The notes under the pieces were generated by a model. It was not told the origin of the DNA. It was given only the letters and a program-made list of their open reading frames with translations, and searched no databases. This document shows, piece after piece, positions 1-9,666 of a stretch of DNA of 64,000 nucleotides; the first letter of the stretch is position 1; every line of letters begins with the position of its first letter. The DNA comes from an uncultured cyanobacterium (GTDB lineage Bacteria > Cyanobacteriota > Cyanobacteriia > Phormidesmidales > Phormidesmidaceae). The position numbers and the translations under genes are program-made. Where the stretch lies: contig CAWBZI010000007.1 in assembly GCA_963793265.1 (NCBI GenBank), positions 224,001 to 288,000 of the forward strand, read 5' to 3'.

Positions 1-1
1 A

Positions 2-802
2 GGTGAAGCGCTAAGTGAAGAAGAATGGGCAGATAATACGGATCTTTCAACGACAGAGCTGAGGCAGGTGATCGCTCAAGGAGAACGCGCTAGGGCAAAA
101 ATGGTCAGGGCAAATCTGCGCTTGGTCGTATCGATTGCGAAAAAGTATACCGGCCACAGCCTAGAGATGATGGATCTCATCCAAGAAGGGACGATTGGCC
201 TGCATCGCGGCGTAGAAAAGTTCGACCCGGCTAAGGGCTATCGATTCTCGACCTATGCCTACTGGTGGATTCGCCAGGCTATTACGCGCTCGATTAGTAA
301 CAACAGCCGGGTTATTCGCCTGCCGATTCATATTAGCGACAAGCTCAGAAAGATGCGTAAGGCTCAGCGGAAGCTATCTGTTTCATTAGGTCGTCAGATA
401 ACCGTTTCAGAACTTGCTAACGAGATGTCTATATCGGTTGAGAAGCTCAGGGAGCTTCAAGAGCAAGGGAGAAAGCCGCTCTCGCTCGATATGAAGATTG
501 GTAGTGAGCAAAATACTGACCTGGGCGATTTGTTGGAAGACGAAGGCATTTTGCCAGAAGAATACGCTACTCGAAGCCTGCTAAAGCGTGATTTGAGAAA
601 TCTTTTGCTGAGTCTTTCAGAACAGCAGAGGGAAGTGATTAGATTGCGCTTTGGCCTAGATACAGGTAGTAAAATGACGCTTAATCAGATTGGCGAGCGC
701 ATGGACATTAGCCGAGAGCGAGTGCGTCAGGTTGAACGTTCCGCACTGCGAAAGCTTCGTCAGAAGGGCGGTTCTTTAAAGGAATACGCGACTGCGGTTT
801 GA
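2..802 (+). CDS. RNA polymerase sigma-70 factor, group-2-like (5'-truncated by window edge)
   Basis: Region 2 motifs [13 protein letters not shown] and DLIQEGxIGLxRGVEKFD...[15 protein letters not shown]; region 4 [12 protein letters not shown]. The frame is open from base 2, so the real start lies upstream of the window. Confidence 0.93.
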   Translation, partial: GEALSEEEWADNTDLSTTELRQVIAQGERARAKMVRANLRLVVSIAKKYTGHSLEMMDLIQEGTIGLHRGVEKFDPAKGYRFSTYAYWWIRQAITRSISNNSRVIRLPIHISDKLRKMRKAQRKLSVSLGRQITVSELANEMSISVEKLRELQEQGRKPLSLDMKIGSEQNTDLGDLLEDEGILPEEYATRSLLKRDLRNLLLSLSEQQREVIRLRFGLDTGSKMTLNQIGERMDISRERVRQVERSALRKLRQKGGSLKEYATAV

Positions 803-829
803 GGACTGCCAGCTAGCAACAGATAGCTA

Positions 830-3568
830 TTACAGCCAGTTACCCACTAATACGTAAGAGGCCCAGTAGTAAGGTGCCGGATAGCCTTCTTCAGTCAGTA
901 GCGCTCTTTGGGCTCTTTGTAGGGCCTTTGCTTTAGATAAGCCTTCGTTCAACCCCTGGTAAAAGTAAGTCATAAGCTGAGTATTGGCCCGATCGTCTGC
1001 TCGCCAGAGGGTAGAGAGCGTACTGCGGGTACCGGCTCTGATGGCAATACCGGCTAGGCCCAATACAGCCCGGCGATCGCCTTGAGCGGTGGCACAAGCG
1101 CTGAGTACTAATAGCTCTAGTGGCTCAGCTTGCGTTTGACTCGCTGAGCGTACCAGTGCGCTGAGTCCATTCGCCGTAATGCCGTCCTGATAGGCAACCA
1201 AAAAGGTTTCAGCAGGCGTAGAGCTAAAGACGCCGTGTGTTTTCCAATGGATAGCCGAATATTCATAGGTAGCAAGCTGCTGTTCAATATTGGCTTTGGT
1301 AAAGGCTTCATTTAATAGCGGTGGGGCGACCGTTAAAGACTCTGGAATTTGATCGAGTTCTGTTTTGACCAGTTCAATCGGCGGAAAGCTCTGGCCGCGG
1401 ATTGTTTGAGACAAACCGATGCCGCCTCTTAGCACTTTGAGCTGCTGCGGCATGGGGCGTGGGGCAAATAAAGAAAGCTGTGGGGCGATCGCGAGCGCAT
1501 AGTCTTTTTCAACTAAGTAGCGATCGCCATCGTACAGCACGCCCATCGGAATATTTCGCAGCAGGCCGTCAGGCACAAACACCAGCGTTTCAAGCTGACG
1601 ATTAGCGGCCAGCGTGTCTTCTAGCGGCGCAATGAGCCATTGATAGATCTGACTAGCCTCTGCAATGACAGCAGGCGTTTTACCCGGTAGGGTAAGGTTT
1701 GTTCTCAGCGACTTAAGCGTTTGTTCAACGTCGGCCTGAGCCACTTTCACACGACGAAAATCGATTGGTTGATCAGGAACCTCGAAGATAATAGCAATTT
1801 GATCGGGTAGGATAATTGGATATATTTTGACGGCATTAGGATCGCTGTTAGATTCATTCAGGTTTACAAGCTGTGAGAGATTACAGCCCAAGAAATTCTC
1901 TAGCTCTGTAAGCTGAAGGGCATCGAGCGTTTTGACCGCGCGCTGAAGAGATTGTTGATCTGGCTCTACAGCATCTGTCGTCTCATCATTGAGCAGGATC
2001 GCTACAAACTCTCGATAGATAGGCTCTACATTGTCTCTAAAAGAGAACTGCACCTGCGAATCAACAAGCAACAGATTTTGACGAACAGCCGCCAGAGAAT
2101 CTATAGCCTGCTGGTAGGCCAAGATTGCCTGCTGCCGAAACTGACTACCTGGAGCCTCACGTTTTGCCTGCTGCCAATAAAGGCGACCTAGCTGCCACTG
2201 CCAGCGATAGGCAGCTTCAGGAACAGACTTACCCTCCAATAGCTGTAATGCCTTTTCGCTAAGGGCTTTAGCCTCTGCCCATTGCTGGCTTAGCTCGTAC
2301 ACATGACCTAATTCACCTGTCGCGTAAGACTCCAATAGCGGATCTTGAAGCGCTCTAGCAGCCCTGACCGCATCGTTTAATAAGGCCGTCATCGGCTCCC
2401 AAAGCGACTGATCTGAGCGAGCAGCGGAGGAAATACTGCCCAATTCTTCTTGCCACTCCTGCTTTACACAGGCGGCTGAAGTCGGTACTTGCAAGCATCC
2501 GAGGCTGTGAGCGTAGCTGATGTCAGCTTCTACCACGGCGCGACCTGTCGGTAAGTCTGCCAAAGATATGTTTTGCCAAAAGGACTGGGCCGCTTCTGTT
2601 TGACCAATTTCTACAAGATAGCTGAGCTGATTGAGCTGAGCTTGAGTTTGAAGGAGCGGGTCGGTAGTTTCTGTATCGGCGGGCTGAGCAGCAGCGGTGT
2701 AGGCACTGATTGCGGCTCTGGCATAGTCACGGGCCAATGATAGCTTGCCAAGTGCGATCGCCCGGTGGCTGAGGGCGCGAGCCGTATGCCCTAGCTCTAG
2801 CTGAAGCGCTGGGCGCGCTGGGCCACTAGATGGAGCAGTTGCAATTCTTGCAGTAAGGAGGCTTTGGGCAGCGGAAAGTTCTCCTACGCCCCGCAAAGCT
2901 CTGCCGAGTTCTTTCGCAGCTACCCCCTGCAAGCTAGGATTCAAAGCCGAAACCTGTGGAACTATCTGGTTCAGCAGGCGCACGGCTTGAGCGTTAAAGC
3001 CAAGCTCTTGCAAAGCCATCGCCTGATTGATTTGGCTGAGTACTTGGCCTGACGTATTCGAGTTTAAAAGCGCCTGATCGCTCTGGGCCGGTTGAGCCTT
3101 TTGATAGTGCGCTTCGGCCTGTTGCCAGGTGGCGAGCGCCTGCTGGCTTTGACCCTGCTGCCACTGGCTTTGGCCCTGCGTATTAAGGACGCGAGCAGAT
3201 ACCTCCCAATAGGTCTGATCCTGTTGCGGCCAAGATTCAATAATTGAAAGGCTCTCTGCTAAGGCTGTTTGAGCGTTTTGAAACTGGGCTAGCGCCTGGT
3301 AGGCTGCAGATAGGTTGCTTAGCAGGTAGGCTCGGGTGAGATCTGGAGAGTGGGGTGCGATCGCCTTTTGCCAGTAATCAATAGCGTCTGCAAATCGTCC
3401 GTTTTCATAAGCCGTTACGCCCGCCGTAATGCCCGCTGTGGTGTTAGCACCAGCAGGCGTATCAATAGCGGCTGCGACACCGCCCAGCATCAGCGCCGCC
3501 AAAAAACTTGCCAGCGCCAAAACGGCCCTCTGCTTTCCCCGCTTGATTAAGACCGCCAGTTCAAACAT
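830..3568 (-). CDS. TPR-repeat + C-terminal CHAT (caspase-like protease) domain protein, probable signal peptide
   Basis: N-terminal hydrophobic stretch, TPR-like helices, CHAT motifs LVFVPDGLLRNIPM, IHWKTHG (His), VLSACATA (Cys), STLSTLWRADD and PYYWASYVLVGNW. Confidence 0.9.
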   Translation of the reverse strand: MFELAVLIKRGKQRAVLALASFLAALMLGGVAAAIDTPAGANTTAGITAGVTAYENGRFADAIDYWQKAIAPHSPDLTRAYLLSNLSAAYQALAQFQNAQTALAESLSIIESWPQQDQTYWEVSARVLNTQGQSQWQQGQSQQALATWQQAEAHYQKAQPAQSDQALLNSNTSGQVLSQINQAMALQELGFNAQAVRLLNQIVPQVSALNPSLQGVAAKELGRALRGVGELSAAQSLLTARIATAPSSGPARPALQLELGHTARALSHRAIALGKLSLARDYARAAISAYTAAAQPADTETTDPLLQTQAQLNQLSYLVEIGQTEAAQSFWQNISLADLPTGRAVVEADISYAHSLGCLQVPTSAACVKQEWQEELGSISSAARSDQSLWEPMTALLNDAVRAARALQDPLLESYATGELGHVYELSQQWAEAKALSEKALQLLEGKSVPEAAYRWQWQLGRLYWQQAKREAPGSQFRQQAILAYQQAIDSLAAVRQNLLLVDSQVQFSFRDNVEPIYREFVAILLNDETTDAVEPDQQSLQRAVKTLDALQLTELENFLGCNLSQLVNLNESNSDPNAVKIYPIILPDQIAIIFEVPDQPIDFRRVKVAQADVEQTLKSLRTNLTLPGKTPAVIAEASQIYQWLIAPLEDTLAANRQLETLVFVPDGLLRNIPMGVLYDGDRYLVEKDYALAIAPQLSLFAPRPMPQQLKVLRGGIGLSQTIRGQSFPPIELVKTELDQIPESLTVAPPLLNEAFTKANIEQQLATYEYSAIHWKTHGVFSSTPAETFLVAYQDGITANGLSALVRSASQTQAEPLELLVLSACATAQGDRRAVLGLAGIAIRAGTRSTLSTLWRADDRANTQLMTYFYQGLNEGLSKAKALQRAQRALLTEEGYPAPYYWASYVLVGNWL

Positions 3569-6450
3569 CTTTCGCCTTCATCTGAGGAAGCCGCTACCAG
3601 CATGATGCTCCCCTGTTCATCCCTCGCCCAGCCCTGTGCTTCTACAACTGGTGAAGCTTGAGAGGATGGGACATTCGCAGTATTTTCGGGCGCAGCTAGC
3701 GCGGTTGGAATAGACACATCTACAAGACTCTGGCGATTATTTAACACACCATAGGGACTGGTGCCTAAGCCACCGCGTCCAGACTGAATAAACCGGCTGC
3801 CGCTGCTGCTGGCGTCGCAGCCCTGAGCGAGCGCAGGCACTTGAGTAGATTGAGGCGTCTGCGCGGCCTGGTCGCGCAGAATCGGATCTAGCGTTTCTAG
3901 CTGAGTTTCGCCAGCAACCCCAAAGTCAGAGCTAGCGGTGATGTCGCTCTCTGAGGTCACCGCCTCGCGCGGCTGAAGGCCGATCACCTGCTGGGCGGTA
4001 ATATCTACTCTGCCACCGTCACCAAATACAGCGTTAGCGGTGATATCACTATTTTCATCAGGTACGGCAATGACAAATCCATTCGCCGCATTGATGTTGA
4101 TGTTGCCGCCTGTGGCTTCGCCTGTGGCGTTGGTGGTGATGTTGCTGCGATCGCGCAGGGTCAGCAGGTCTGTGGTTAGTGTAATGCTGCCGCGATCGCC
4201 CACCGCCGTATCAGCACTCAGCAATCCCTGATTTCTCACCGTAATTCTGCGCGCATCCACCTGTAAATTACCAGCCGCGCCTCGTCCAGGCGGTATCGGT
4301 GAGCTGGCCCGACTCGGAAAGTTACTCACGCTCAGCGTTCCGCCGTCATTCACCTCAACGCTATTAGCCGTCACAATTAAGTTTCCACCTGCGCCCACAT
4401 CACCAATTGCCGTCGCAAACAGCCCGCTTCGTCCCTCATTCGTTTGGCCCGATACTAAAACCGACTCACTATTTACAATCAAATCTCCCGAAGGGCCAGG
4501 CCCCCGCGTCCCACTATTCACCTGCGCCCCGTTTAGAACCTGCAATTGTTGGGCATCCAACCTGAGCCTGCCGCCTGTTCCTGTGGCCCCCCCGCTTACG
4601 GTAGTACTCACCAGGCTGGGGCCTTCAAGCGCATCGAATCCAGACACCTCAATATCGCTTGCAGAAATATTGACGTCACCAGACTGGCCCTGACCAAACG
4701 TACCTGTTGTAATTTCTGCGCCTTCAAAAAGCACCACCTGCTCAGCGTTAATTGAAATGTCCCCGCCTTGTCCCTGCGATCCTTCGCCCATGGTTGACTG
4801 TAATAGCGTCGGGCTCACAATGGTGTCTGTAGTGCCATCAGGTAGTGAAATCTCAAACGGTAAGCTGGTGCCTACCAGGGTCACTTGGTCAGCCTCGACG
4901 CTGATACTGCCAGCCGTACCGCGATTGAAACTGCTAGTAATGACCTGCGCGCCCTCACTTATGCTTAAACGTCCGGCCTTTATATCAATTTGGCCGCTGT
5001 TACCACTGCCGGTTTCGCCTGTAATGGCAAACAAACCGCTAGGGCCTAAAAAAGACTCTCCACCCAAAAAAGCGGTTTCACTCACTACTAGCTGGATTCG
5101 TCCAGCATTACCGTTACCGTAAGCATTAGCGCCAATCTGCCCGCCTCGCTCTATTGCTAAGTTACGAGTCTGCACGCTCACCACACCCCCCACCCCCTCT
5201 GCGCCCGGCGCAGTATCTACAGATAGATAGCTATGGAAAGGTGGGTTAAAAGGGATCTGTGGGTCTGCTGTAAAGTCGCTTATTTGAATGGTGCCGGTTG
5301 CGCGAATATCAATCAGCCCGCCTGAGCTGTTCTCAGCAAGCAAAGGTGGCTGCTCTGGAAAGTCCATTTGCAACACGTCTATTGCCGGTAAGGTTTCAGC
5401 GAGCACTGCCGAGCTATCCATTACAGAAATATCTCGACCTTGAAGCAACACCTGGCCGGGGTGGCTATCGCTGACTTCTAAGGTTGATCTTTGGGTGAGT
5501 GTGATATCAGCAAAGCGACTGACTGAGCTGTAGTTGGGTGCGAGGGTTTGATCGAATAAGAGCGTGCCATCAGATAGGCTGCCAATAGCGATCTGCCCGC
5601 CTGCGGCAGTGAGATTACCGCCTGCTAGCTCAATGCCGTTGCCCAAAAGTGCGATTGTCTGTCCAGGTCGTACGGCGATTTCAGAAATGGGCGGCAGGCT
5701 GGGCGGCTGTGGAAAGGCATCGGGTGGCGCGGGCGGCGCAGGCTGCTGAAAGAGACGATTGACAAACGCATCTGGCCTATCAGGCGAGCCAAAGACCAAT
5801 CGATTGCCCGTGCCTTGCGTGGTGATGGGGCCGCTACTTTCTATAAAGCCAAGCCCTACTGGCGCGCTGATAGTGAGGAGGCGATCGCGACTGTCAGTAG
5901 GCTGACCCGTCAACAGCTCAACCCCATTTTCAAACATCACTTTACTAGCAGTGCTGGCCACAAAAGAGCCGCCTAAATCAAGCTGAGCGTGAGGGCCAAA
6001 AGCAATGCCGTTCGGGTTGATCAAAAACAAATTAGCGCTACTTTCTGTACTGCTGCTGATTAACCCATTGACTAAAGAATCCGACCCGCCTGTAACGCGC
6101 ACAATAATATCGCGCACGCCTGGATCTACAAACAAGGCTGAATGATCGCCTGAGGGTGAATCGAGAGAAAACTGGCTAAAGCTATGAAGCAGCGTACTTT
6201 CGGCTGTATTGAGGGTGCCGCCTGTGATCGTGCAGGTGGCTGCTAGGCAGCTATCGGCAGTAGATCCGTTGACGATTGAGCCTAGCGTACTGTCAGGTGT
6301 GACCTGTGCGATCGCGCGCTTATTGCCCAGTATTCCACCGCCTAAAGCATTGCCTTCTAAAACACTGTCAATAGTGAGCAGAGATCCTGCTGCAACACCA
6401 ATCTTAACAAGTGCTTGAGCTTTGCTGCGTCGATTATTTGATAAGCGCAT
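3547..6450 (-). CDS. Filamentous-haemagglutinin-family (TpsA-like) beta-helical exoprotein
   Basis: Signal-like N-terminus ending AIAQ, LLHSFSQF and ANLFLINPNGIAFG secretion-domain motifs, G-x-G-G-x-I-x-I repeats, cyanobacterial tail VEAQGW. ATG at 6450 preferred over TTG at 6459. Confidence 0.88.
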   Translation of the reverse strand: MRLSNNRRSKAQALVKIGVAAGSLLTIDSVLEGNALGGGILGNKRAIAQVTPDSTLGSIVNGSTADSCLAATCTITGGTLNTAESTLLHSFSQFSLDSPSGDHSALFVDPGVRDIIVRVTGGSDSLVNGLISSSTESSANLFLINPNGIAFGPHAQLDLGGSFVASTASKVMFENGVELLTGQPTDSRDRLLTISAPVGLGFIESSGPITTQGTGNRLVFGSPDRPDAFVNRLFQQPAPPAPPDAFPQPPSLPPISEIAVRPGQTIALLGNGIELAGGNLTAAGGQIAIGSLSDGTLLFDQTLAPNYSSVSRFADITLTQRSTLEVSDSHPGQVLLQGRDISVMDSSAVLAETLPAIDVLQMDFPEQPPLLAENSSGGLIDIRATGTIQISDFTADPQIPFNPPFHSYLSVDTAPGAEGVGGVVSVQTRNLAIERGGQIGANAYGNGNAGRIQLVVSETAFLGGESFLGPSGLFAITGETGSGNSGQIDIKAGRLSISEGAQVITSSFNRGTAGSISVEADQVTLVGTSLPFEISLPDGTTDTIVSPTLLQSTMGEGSQGQGGDISINAEQVVLFEGAEITTGTFGQGQSGDVNISASDIEVSGFDALEGPSLVSTTVSGGATGTGGRLRLDAQQLQVLNGAQVNSGTRGPGPSGDLIVNSESVLVSGQTNEGRSGLFATAIGDVGAGGNLIVTANSVEVNDGGTLSVSNFPSRASSPIPPGRGAAGNLQVDARRITVRNQGLLSADTAVGDRGSITLTTDLLTLRDRSNITTNATGEATGGNININAANGFVIAVPDENSDITANAVFGDGGRVDITAQQVIGLQPREAVTSESDITASSDFGVAGETQLETLDPILRDQAAQTPQSTQVPALAQGCDASSSGSRFIQSGRGGLGTSPYGVLNNRQSLVDVSIPTALAAPENTANVPSSQASPVVEAQGWARDEQGSIMLVAASSDEGERCLNWRS

Positions 6451-6906
6451 AGAGTTCAAACTGCCAGAGCCGCAAACAGAGCCGCGAAACGCATTTTTGA
6501 TGATACCAATAGCTTCTTGGCTGTAGCACAGCTTGGATTTTGGCGCGACGATATTTTAGATGAGTATAGAAGTTTCTACGTGATTATTTATTGAAAGCCT
6601 GTTGAAAAATCACTTTGAAACGAATGTTATTGTTTTTAACATCATTTTTTATGAATGCCAAGGATTTATGAAAAGCCCCGCACTGTATTGAGTTGATCAG
6701 TGCTTCAGGAAACTAATGTCTTCGCCAATCGTCTTTGATTAAGAGCCGTACATAATCAACCTTCAGTAATTATGCTTAAGTTAGCGATATATTGATCTCG
6801 CTGAGGCTATTTCTAAGCATTTCTGGCCGCCAGCGATCGCTTTATATTCAATTTTTATCTATTAATTTTCTCCACTTAAAACCTATCCTCTTTTCAAGAA
6901 CCTATC

Positions 6907-8916
6907 ATGTCTAAGCCTTTATACCGTTTTAGTGATGCCCTGCCTGTAGCACTAGCCCTCGCTATACCCGTAGCGCTAATACCGCAGTCCTCTGCTCAAG
7001 CGCTCAATTTTCGGTTCGATTTTGGCGGCAACGTCTCTGATGATTTTCAGCAGGCAGCCCAAGAAGCTGCTGGAATGTGGTCGTCAGTGCTCAAGGATGA
7101 TGTCGCAGTTGATATTAGGGTTGAGTACAGCGATTTATCGTCAGCAGGCGCGGTACTGGCGGGCGCGCGGCCAAACAAAGTGAAAGTGAAGTATGAAGAC
7201 TACGTACAGGCCATGCTCAAAGACGCGGTTTCGAGCAATGATATTCAGGCGCTAGGCAGTTTGCAGCTATCGAGCAAAGGGCAAGAAGCTATTCAAGAAT
7301 TTCAGGCTGGCGCGCTTAGCTCGGTCGAGAAGATCAAGCTAGATTCAAAAGAGTTTGACTTTTTGATGGACGGCCAGTTTGCCAAAGGCGCTTCGCCCTC
7401 TCAAGCTGATTTTATTGACAACAACGGCAACGACAATAATAAAAGCGTGATGCTGACGCGAGCCCAGGCGCAGGCGTTGGGCTTAGTCGATACTAAAAAA
7501 GAAGGGCTTGACGGCATTATCAAGATCAACAGTGACGTCAGTTGGGATACCGATAGTAGCAATGGCATCGATAGCGATAAATACGATCTTTCTACGGTGC
7601 TAAAGCACGAGATTGGCCACACGCTCGGCATTATTAGCGGTGTAGACGGGCTAGATTTTTTATTAGCTGTGAATGAGCCGGTTGACATTGAGAAAAATGA
7701 GTTCTCATATCTTACGCCTTTAGATATGTTCAGGTACTCAGAGAAGAGCGCAGCGTTAGGCGTGATGGACTTGACGCTGGGCAGCGACGAGAAATATTTC
7801 TCTTTGGACGCAGGACAAAGTGCTGTTACCAATGCAGCAGGCCGAGCAGCTTATTTTTCAACGGGCAGCACTGAATCAGGAGGAGATGGCTACAGCGGTA
7901 GCCATTGGAAGTCGGGAGGTAGCCCGTTAGGTGTTACTAATCCGATTTTACAAAAGGGAACCTCTATCGATATCTCTGAGCTAGATCTAGCGCTTTTAGA
8001 TGCGGTTGGGTGGGATCTAGAAGATAATAACCTCAAGCGGGCCGCCGCGATAGGGTTCGACTGGGCAGGGCTGAAAAATGATTTGGCAAGCGATCGCCAG
8101 GCCGTTAAATCGCAGATCATAGCAGAGTGGGGCGATGACATTCCAGCGCTAGATGCGGCATTAAGTGAGGCTTCTTTTGAAACAGAAGAGAAGTTTCGTC
8201 AGAAGCTACAAGAAGAGTTTGATAAGCTAGCGAAAGAACTTGAGGGTGAAGACGGCGGGAAGGATCGCAACAAAAAGATTTCAAAGTTCTATGAAAAAGT
8301 AGATGAGGAGGCTAGTAAGCGAAACGAAACGTTGCGCAAGCTACCCGAAGAAATCTCTAAGACAGATGAAAAAGTCCGCGAATGGCTAACGCTTTCGACA
8401 GATGATTTGTCAAAGGAAGTAAGGGAAGCAGACGGTGCAACTATAAACCGGCTAGCCAATATTATAAAAGCCGCTCCCCGAAAAGAGAGATCGCGAATGG
8501 AGGCAAAGCTAGAAGAGGCGCTAGCTCAGTTTGTAGATAAACCCAGTAAGTTAGTTGGAGAGCTTCTAAAGTCGAGCGGCCCTAGCAATCCGGTTAGGTG
8601 GGGCCGTGCCTATCGTTTTAACTGGTGGTTTCAGGAAGCCGACCCCGCAGAGTTGGGCGTTGCTACTAGCGAGGGCACAGATAGTTTGACCTACTTCGCA
8701 ACGGCTGCACCCGACGACGCTGGGATAATAGATAGGGTGGGGGCAGATGCCGAGGCGATTGGAGGCTTGGTGCCAGTTGGAGCAGGCTCACTGAGCGCGG
8801 GTGGCTTCAGCGACTCGAAGCGTGATGCTGAAGATGTACCGGAGCCCTCTTCAGTGCTGGCTTTGTTTGGAATAGCAGTGCTAGGAGCAAAGCTCACCGG
8901 GCAGCGTAAAGCATAG
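6907..8916 (+). CDS. Secreted zinc metalloprotease-like protein with PEP-CTERM sorting signal (NF038122-like)
   Basis: Signal peptide ending AQA, zincin motif HEIGHTLG, TPLDMFRY and SHWK motifs, C-terminal VPEPSS + hydrophobic segment + basic tail. Confidence 0.82.
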   Translation: MSKPLYRFSDALPVALALAIPVALIPQSSAQALNFRFDFGGNVSDDFQQAAQEAAGMWSSVLKDDVAVDIRVEYSDLSSAGAVLAGARPNKVKVKYEDYVQAMLKDAVSSNDIQALGSLQLSSKGQEAIQEFQAGALSSVEKIKLDSKEFDFLMDGQFAKGASPSQADFIDNNGNDNNKSVMLTRAQAQALGLVDTKKEGLDGIIKINSDVSWDTDSSNGIDSDKYDLSTVLKHEIGHTLGIISGVDGLDFLLAVNEPVDIEKNEFSYLTPLDMFRYSEKSAALGVMDLTLGSDEKYFSLDAGQSAVTNAAGRAAYFSTGSTESGGDGYSGSHWKSGGSPLGVTNPILQKGTSIDISELDLALLDAVGWDLEDNNLKRAAAIGFDWAGLKNDLASDRQAVKSQIIAEWGDDIPALDAALSEASFETEEKFRQKLQEEFDKLAKELEGEDGGKDRNKKISKFYEKVDEEASKRNETLRKLPEEISKTDEKVREWLTLSTDDLSKEVREADGATINRLANIIKAAPRKERSRMEAKLEEALAQFVDKPSKLVGELLKSSGPSNPVRWGRAYRFNWWFQEADPAELGVATSEGTDSLTYFATAAPDDAGIIDRVGADAEAIGGLVPVGAGSLSAGGFSDSKRDAEDVPEPSSVLALFGIAVLGAKLTGQRKA

Positions 8917-8931
8917 CTGTAGATTTTATAC

Positions 8932-8950
8932 CCAGCCTTTTCAGGGCTGG
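8932..8950. terminator. Hairpin between convergent genes (possible bidirectional terminator)
   Basis: ccagcc-ttttcag-ggctgg, between stops at 8916 (+) and 8973 (-). Confidence 0.45.
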
Positions 8951-8972
8951 AATATCCAGTCTCAAGAACATG

Positions 8973-9593
8973 TCAATCTGCTTTTCCAGCGTCAAGAATC
9001 TGCGTGACGGGTATCGTTATTTCTGGAAAGATAGCAGACTTTACGCTTTGTCCTGCGACGAATGATTTGCCTGCTTTGTACTCGCGATCGCCCAGCTCAT
9101 AAACCCACACTGTCGGCGTTTTAGGCGATCCAATAAACCTGACGCCCCCCAAAGCACGATAGTCCACTATCCAATATTCCAGCACACCTAGCTTTTCGTA
9201 CTCAGCTAGCTTTATTAGATAGTCATCTTGCCAGTTAGTGCTAACAACTTCAACAATCAGCTTAATAGGAGCACCGCTCGAAACACTAGAAGCTTTTTGC
9301 CAATAAGGATCTTCTTTTAGCTTTGCGCTATCTAAAACGATGATATCTGGCAGATATCCTTCACCTTCTCGATAAGGTTTCACCAGACAAGACTGTGGGA
9401 TAAGATAGGGCTGCTGAAGTCGGTCAATTTCTAAATCAAGCTTACGACGAATCAGCGCGATAACTTCTTCATGGAGGCCGATAGGTCGCATTTCTACGAT
9501 TTTTCCATAGCGTAGCTCGTAGCGTCCGTTGTCTTCTGGATACAGCGCTATGAAATCATCGAACGATAGGGATGGGGCGGTTGCTTGAACCAT
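8973..9593 (-). CDS. Uma2 family (PD-(D/E)xK) endonuclease-like protein
   Basis: YELRYGKIVEM, PDIIV, LIVEVVS and KLAEYEKLGVLEYWIVD motifs. The start is most likely ATG 9593, because the longer ORF reads through a REP palindrome. Confidence 0.9.
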   Translation of the reverse strand: MVQATAPSLSFDDFIALYPEDNGRYELRYGKIVEMRPIGLHEEVIALIRRKLDLEIDRLQQPYLIPQSCLVKPYREGEGYLPDIIVLDSAKLKEDPYWQKASSVSSGAPIKLIVEVVSTNWQDDYLIKLAEYEKLGVLEYWIVDYRALGGVRFIGSPKTPTVWVYELGDREYKAGKSFVAGQSVKSAIFPEITIPVTQILDAGKAD

Positions 9594-9615
9594 AGCCAGG
9601 TTAGCGGAGGTTACT

Positions 9616-9639
9616 GTAGGGGCGTAAGGCTTTACGCCC
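9616..9639 (+). repeat. GTAG-type REP-like palindrome
   Basis: gtaggggcgtaaggctttacgccc, the exact reverse complement of 25545-25568. Confidence 0.85.
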
Positions 9640-9666
9640 AGTGCAATGAATATACCATTAGCCATT

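Noticed and set aside
8973..9593. Stand-alone Uma2 as a restriction or defence system
   Set aside because: Uma2 paralogues are highly expanded in cyanobacteria and no methyltransferase or partner gene is adjacent.
9594..9665. N-terminal extension of the Uma2 ORF given in the ORF track
   Set aside because: It translates through a REP palindrome; the family-like sequence begins at ATG 9593.
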